A DNA stretch of 62,371 bases, the filler included. It is 3 parts of 3 records of this genome, joined end to end, with 100 filler letters (N's around TTAATTAATTAA, not from the genome) between each part and the next. Parts side by side here need not be neighbours in the genome. Positions count along the whole stretch, not along the records: positions 45,839 to 62,371 come from SRR20825006_2704; 2 more parts are not named here. One strand, written 5' to 3'. Position numbers and translations under genes: made by a program. The notes under the pieces were generated by a model. That model had not been told where the DNA came from and did not search any database. It saw only the letters and a list, made by a program, of their open reading frames with translations. The first letter of the stretch is position 1; each line of letters opens with the position of its first letter. Below, piece by piece: positions 58,982 through 62,371 of this stretch.

Positions 58982-60397
58982 TCAGCGTCCGAGGTTCTTG
59001 TTCATGTTGGTCTTGTACTGCTCAACTCCTGGTTGCCCGTAAGGGTTAATACCGAGCAAGCGACCTTCGATCACGGTTGCGATCATCAGCATTTGAAACA
59101 ACTGGCCCAACACGTGCGTGTCGATCTGCGGCAAGATGATATCAGTCGTAGGACGTCCATCCGCATGCAGAGCGTCGTTGGTGCCTTTGATCGCCGCCGC
59201 CATGATATCTGGCAGTGTTTTTTCAGCAATGTCGTTGAGCGTGTCTTGGTTGCGTTGTGAGTGACCGACGGCCAATGAATCGGTCCGTTGCGATTCGACG
59301 ATCACGTTGTTGAACACTTTGTCATTACGTCCCTGCTGATGCTGCTGGTGACGACTGTGCAAATCGCGGGTGTTCAGGGTTGTCAGTGGCGTCACACCCT
59401 TGCCGTCTTTGCCGTTGGACTCAGCCAGCAATTGGTCGTACCACAGTCCAACCGACTCAAGAGCCTTGCTCCACACGCTCATTACGCGAATCGATTTGTC
59501 GCGGTGCTGCGACAGCAAGTGGTTCACGGCGACGTACTGCATCACCACGTTGTCGGCGTAGTCCGCGGTTTTGAAGTGTTCGTTCATTGCCACGGCACCT
59601 TCCAACAACTTCATGCAGTCCAAACCAAGGAACGCGGCAGGGACCAAGCCAACCGGTGACAGGACACTGAATCGCCCACCAACACCATCGGGCACGGTGA
59701 AGATTTCATCGCAACCAATTTCGGTCGCCAAGTCGTGCAACTTGCCGCTTTCGCCGGTCACGGGAACGACCAAACGCGACAACCAATCCTCGGCTTCCGG
59801 CCCGAGTTCGGATTCCAAGTTGGCGAGGAATTGGCGGAACGCGACGGCGGTTTCCATCGTTCCACCGCTCTTGCTGATCACGATGATCGCGTGGCGTTTT
59901 TCGGCGTCGCTGTCCGCGTACCCGCCCGCACGAACGCGTTGCAAAAGCGAATCGGAGGCATCGTTGTCGACATTGTTGCCCTCGAAATACATCCGAGGTT
60001 TGCTACCGCGAGCGGCACGGCTCATTTCGTTGTGATACGGGTCGCAGCAAGCTTCCATCATCGCCCGGGCGCCCATGTAGGACCCGCCGATTCCCAAAAC
60101 CACGGCTGCGTCAATTTGGTCGTGCAGTCCATTTGCGACCTTGAAAATCCGGCCCAACTCCGACGCTTCCCGCTCTTTCGCGTACGCTTCCAGCATCTCT
60201 TCAGGCAACCAAAAGAACCGAGCGTCCAGAGGCTGTTTGTCAGCGGGAATGTCGCCCGAATCGTATTGTTTCTGATCGGTTTCGACCATCTCAGTGCGAA
60301 GGGTTTCCAGCTGGCCCTTCAACGAATCGATTTGTGCTTGAGTGATCCCGTAGTCGTCGTTGATTGATCCGGAAGCGTCGAAACGGAGCAAGCTCAT
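58982..60397 (-). CDS. pgi: Glucose-6-phosphate isomerase
   Basis: GIGGS, SKSGGTMET, VGGRFSVLS, QLLAES.GK, DLHS, QPGVE; start at MSLLRFD. Confidence 0.93.
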   Translation of the reverse strand: MSLLRFDASGSINDDYGITQAQIDSLKGQLETLRTEMVETDQKQYDSGDIPADKQPLDARFFWLPEEMLEAYAKEREASELGRIFKVANGLHDQIDAAVVLGIGGSYMGARAMMEACCDPYHNEMSRAARGSKPRMYFEGNNVDNDASDSLLQRVRAGGYADSDAEKRHAIIVISKSGGTMETAVAFRQFLANLESELGPEAEDWLSRLVVPVTGESGKLHDLATEIGCDEIFTVPDGVGGRFSVLSPVGLVPAAFLGLDCMKLLEGAVAMNEHFKTADYADNVVMQYVAVNHLLSQHRDKSIRVMSVWSKALESVGLWYDQLLAESNGKDGKGVTPLTTLNTRDLHSRHQQHQQGRNDKVFNNVIVESQRTDSLAVGHSQRNQDTLNDIAEKTLPDIMAAAIKGTNDALHADGRPTTDIILPQIDTHVLGQLFQMLMIATVIEGRLLGINPYGQPGVEQYKTNMNKNLGR

Positions 60398-60693
60398 GAT
60401 GGGTTCCGTGCAGAAAAATGGAGAGGAGTTTTGAATGAATGAACTGGATTGAATGACACCGCGGTGCCCATGAGCGACGATGATACTGGATCGATCGTCG
60501 CTGGGCAGGGTCCCAGAGATTTGCACCCCGCCGCATTCCTTTGTGACCTCCGAAAAAGAAAATGCTTGCGGGCGAGGCGCGCGGAGAAGTAACATGAAGA
60601 ACGGGCGGACAAACATTCGCGGTTGCGATGCGAGTCGGCCGAACCTTTTCTTTTGGCAATTGCCTTTCATTCATTCCGGCGAGTCACTTCGAG

Positions 60694-61083
60694 ATGATTC
60701 ACTACACATGTGATCGATGTCGACAAGTAATTGACCCATCACAAAGCTCTCGATACACGATTGCGATCGAGGTGCAAAAGTTGGAAGAGGAGTGGAACGA
60801 CGACGAAGCCGTGGATCACCTGGACGCTTTGCACCAAGCGATCGAAGCGGATGAAGCAGAAGATGATTTGATCGAAATGATCGACCACGACGCCGCGTCG
60901 CCCCGCAATGAGAGCGAGCCAGAATGCTTCGCCGAACCCACGATCGAACTGCACGACGCTCCGATCTCAACCGGCGAAACGGTTTCTCAATCGTTTGACC
61001 TTTGCGAATCCTGTTACCGTCGCTACCGCAGCAACCCGCTGGGTCGCGAGCGAAATCTCAAAATGCATTTCAGCAACAACTGA
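60694..61083 (+). CDS. Small acidic hypothetical protein with split Zn-binding motif
   Basis: MIHYTCDRC ... FDLCESC, long Asp/Glu-rich insert, ends FSNN. Confidence 0.75.
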   Translation: MIHYTCDRCRQVIDPSQSSRYTIAIEVQKLEEEWNDDEAVDHLDALHQAIEADEAEDDLIEMIDHDAASPRNESEPECFAEPTIELHDAPISTGETVSQSFDLCESCYRRYRSNPLGRERNLKMHFSNN

Positions 61084-61091
61084 AGCGGAAT

Positions 61092-62371
61092 TCAGTTCCC
61101 GAAGGGATCGCTGCCAAACGGATCGTTCTTGGGCTGCGCCGCGGGCGTGGCGGTCTCCGTTGGCAACACCGTCGACATTCCCTCGGGAATCAAATCGGTG
61201 TCGATGACAAACGCCTTCAGTCCTGACAACGAGGACGGCAGTTCGCGATCCATGCCGAGTTGATCGACCAGCTCACGCCGCTGCTTCGCAAACTCTTGCA
61301 TCCGCTGCTCGCACTGGGCCAAGCGGTTTTCTTGTTTCAGCAATTCCGTTTGGTAACGCTGGATCACTTCCCGCGGGAATGAGCTGCTGCCACGCTGACG
61401 AGTCAACTGATTCGAAATGCGTTCGAGTTCCGTTACCAGGTGTTTGCGCAGATCTAACAAGCCTTCCAGCGTGCGATCCGTTTCGTCGAGTTTGCGTCGA
61501 TCCGCCAAGATGCTTCGAATCGTTTCCAGTTGAGCCTCTTCCCATTTGGCTTCCGCGATCCAGCGTTCCAATGTCCCCATCGCGATTTCGCCCCACGCGT
61601 TGGAATCGTCTGCCGTTTGCTTCGACACGGTGACAATTTCGCGAGAGCCACCATCGGGAATCTTGACTCGCAACCGATGCCACTCATCTGTTTTCTCGAC
61701 CTCGATGTCTTTGTCTTCCATCGCCTGCAACTCAAAAGGCTGTGGTGGCAGGGGGACTTCTAAGATCACGGTCCGGTCATCACCGGATCGATTGAGAACG
61801 TCGTACTTGGTCGATCGTTGATGCTGCGTCTTGATCGTGATTCGATGCAACTTCTCATCGATCTCGATCGATTGTTGCTCGGATGTCGTTTCGACAGGAT
61901 GGGCCGTGACACGGACACCTCCATCCATCGCATACCCCACTAATCGCTTGACCGAGGGAGCCAAATCTGGGAGCACGACCTCGCCGAGAATCGAACGCAT
62001 TTGATCACCCGCCAAAACACTGCCGGGCCCCGAAGGCAACAGCGCCGACGTGTTGTTTTCGATTTCGAGACACAACAGTGTTGCTGTCGGATGATAGGAC
62101 TGGCGATAGACCGAGACATCGTTGACGGACACTGGATCAATCAGCGTGTCCAACAGAGCGGTCTTCCCGCTGTTCAAATCAACGGACTCAAACTGCAATT
62201 CCAACGTGCTGCCGGCGGGAGCATCCTTGGTTTCGTTCAAAACTTGATTCAATGAACCGCCGTAACCGGAACCGTTTGCGAACAAATCGTCGCCCCCGTT
62301 TCGGCTCTCGCGGGCCGGCATCGCTCCAAACGAACCTCCTGCCATGCCGCCGCCCATTCCTCCCATGCCGC
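61092..62371 (-). CDS. DUF4139-like protein, 3' part (cut by window end)
   Basis: Gly/Met-rich linker; LEIENNT...LPSGP..V; LVGYAMD; TKYDVLN...RTVILE; coiled-coil tail. Confidence 0.65.
   Translation of the reverse strand, partial: GMGGMGGGMAGGSFGAMPARESRNGGDDLFANGSGYGGSLNQVLNETKDAPAGSTLELQFESVDLNSGKTALLDTLIDPVSVNDVSVYRQSYHPTATLLCLEIENNTSALLPSGPGSVLAGDQMRSILGEVVLPDLAPSVKRLVGYAMDGGVRVTAHPVETTSEQQSIEIDEKLHRITIKTQHQRSTKYDVLNRSGDDRTVILEVPLPPQPFELQAMEDKDIEVEKTDEWHRLRVKIPDGGSREIVTVSKQTADDSNAWGEIAMGTLERWIAEAKWEEAQLETIRSILADRRKLDETDRTLEGLLDLRKHLVTELERISNQLTRQRGSSSFPREVIQRYQTELLKQENRLAQCEQRMQEFAKQRRELVDQLGMDRELPSSLSGLKAFVIDTDLIPEGMSTVLPTETATPAAQPKNDPFGSDPFGN

Noticed and set aside
60398-60670. 91-aa N-terminal extension of pgi
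   Set aside because: Non-PGI-like sequence running into the divergent gene's upstream region; MSLLRFD start preferred

Overview
The window is a concatenation of three unrelated bacterial contigs joined by artificial N-padded TTAATTAATTAA linkers (26169-26268 and 45739-45838), so no inference should cross those junctions. Taxon assignments below are inferred from gene content and sequence style only. Contig 1 (1-26168) looks like an Alcanivorax-type marine gammaproteobacterium. It carries glnK-amtB with a sigma54/NtrC promoter, ubiK, comM, an AraC + autotransporter + RmpM/OmpA cassette, beta-oxidation genes, an AT-rich DUF4760-like insert, an AraC-desaturase pair, rsuA, rep, two cytochromes c5, a CHASE2 kinase/FecR/OmpR locus, a SugE-like exporter with a structured leader and a truncated tRNA-Arg. 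Contig 2 (26269-45738) is alphaproteobacterial (Rhodospirillales-like) core genome: rpmG end, pleD-divK, ROK kinase, dinB, eipB, GGDEF protein, SMR, SPOR, rnd, ppx-ppk1, hdaA, purM-purN, cytochrome oxidase subunit IV and ndk. Contig 3 (45839-62371) is Rhodopirellula-like: a FAAL-ACP-AONS fusion divergent from a flavin halogenase-like gene and a HAD phosphatase, a half Tpt1/KptA, a dead trypsin-like protein, DUF1592/DUF1552, pgi and DUF4139. The best leads are the FAAL-ACP-AONS/halogenase lipid mini-cluster, a candidate non-canonical riboswitch before sugE, an apparent AUA start for purM, oriented heptamer arrays directly after stop codons, a flagellin-like insert in the autotransporter, and two catalytically degenerate enzymes. 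No CRISPR array, rRNA or transposase was seen.
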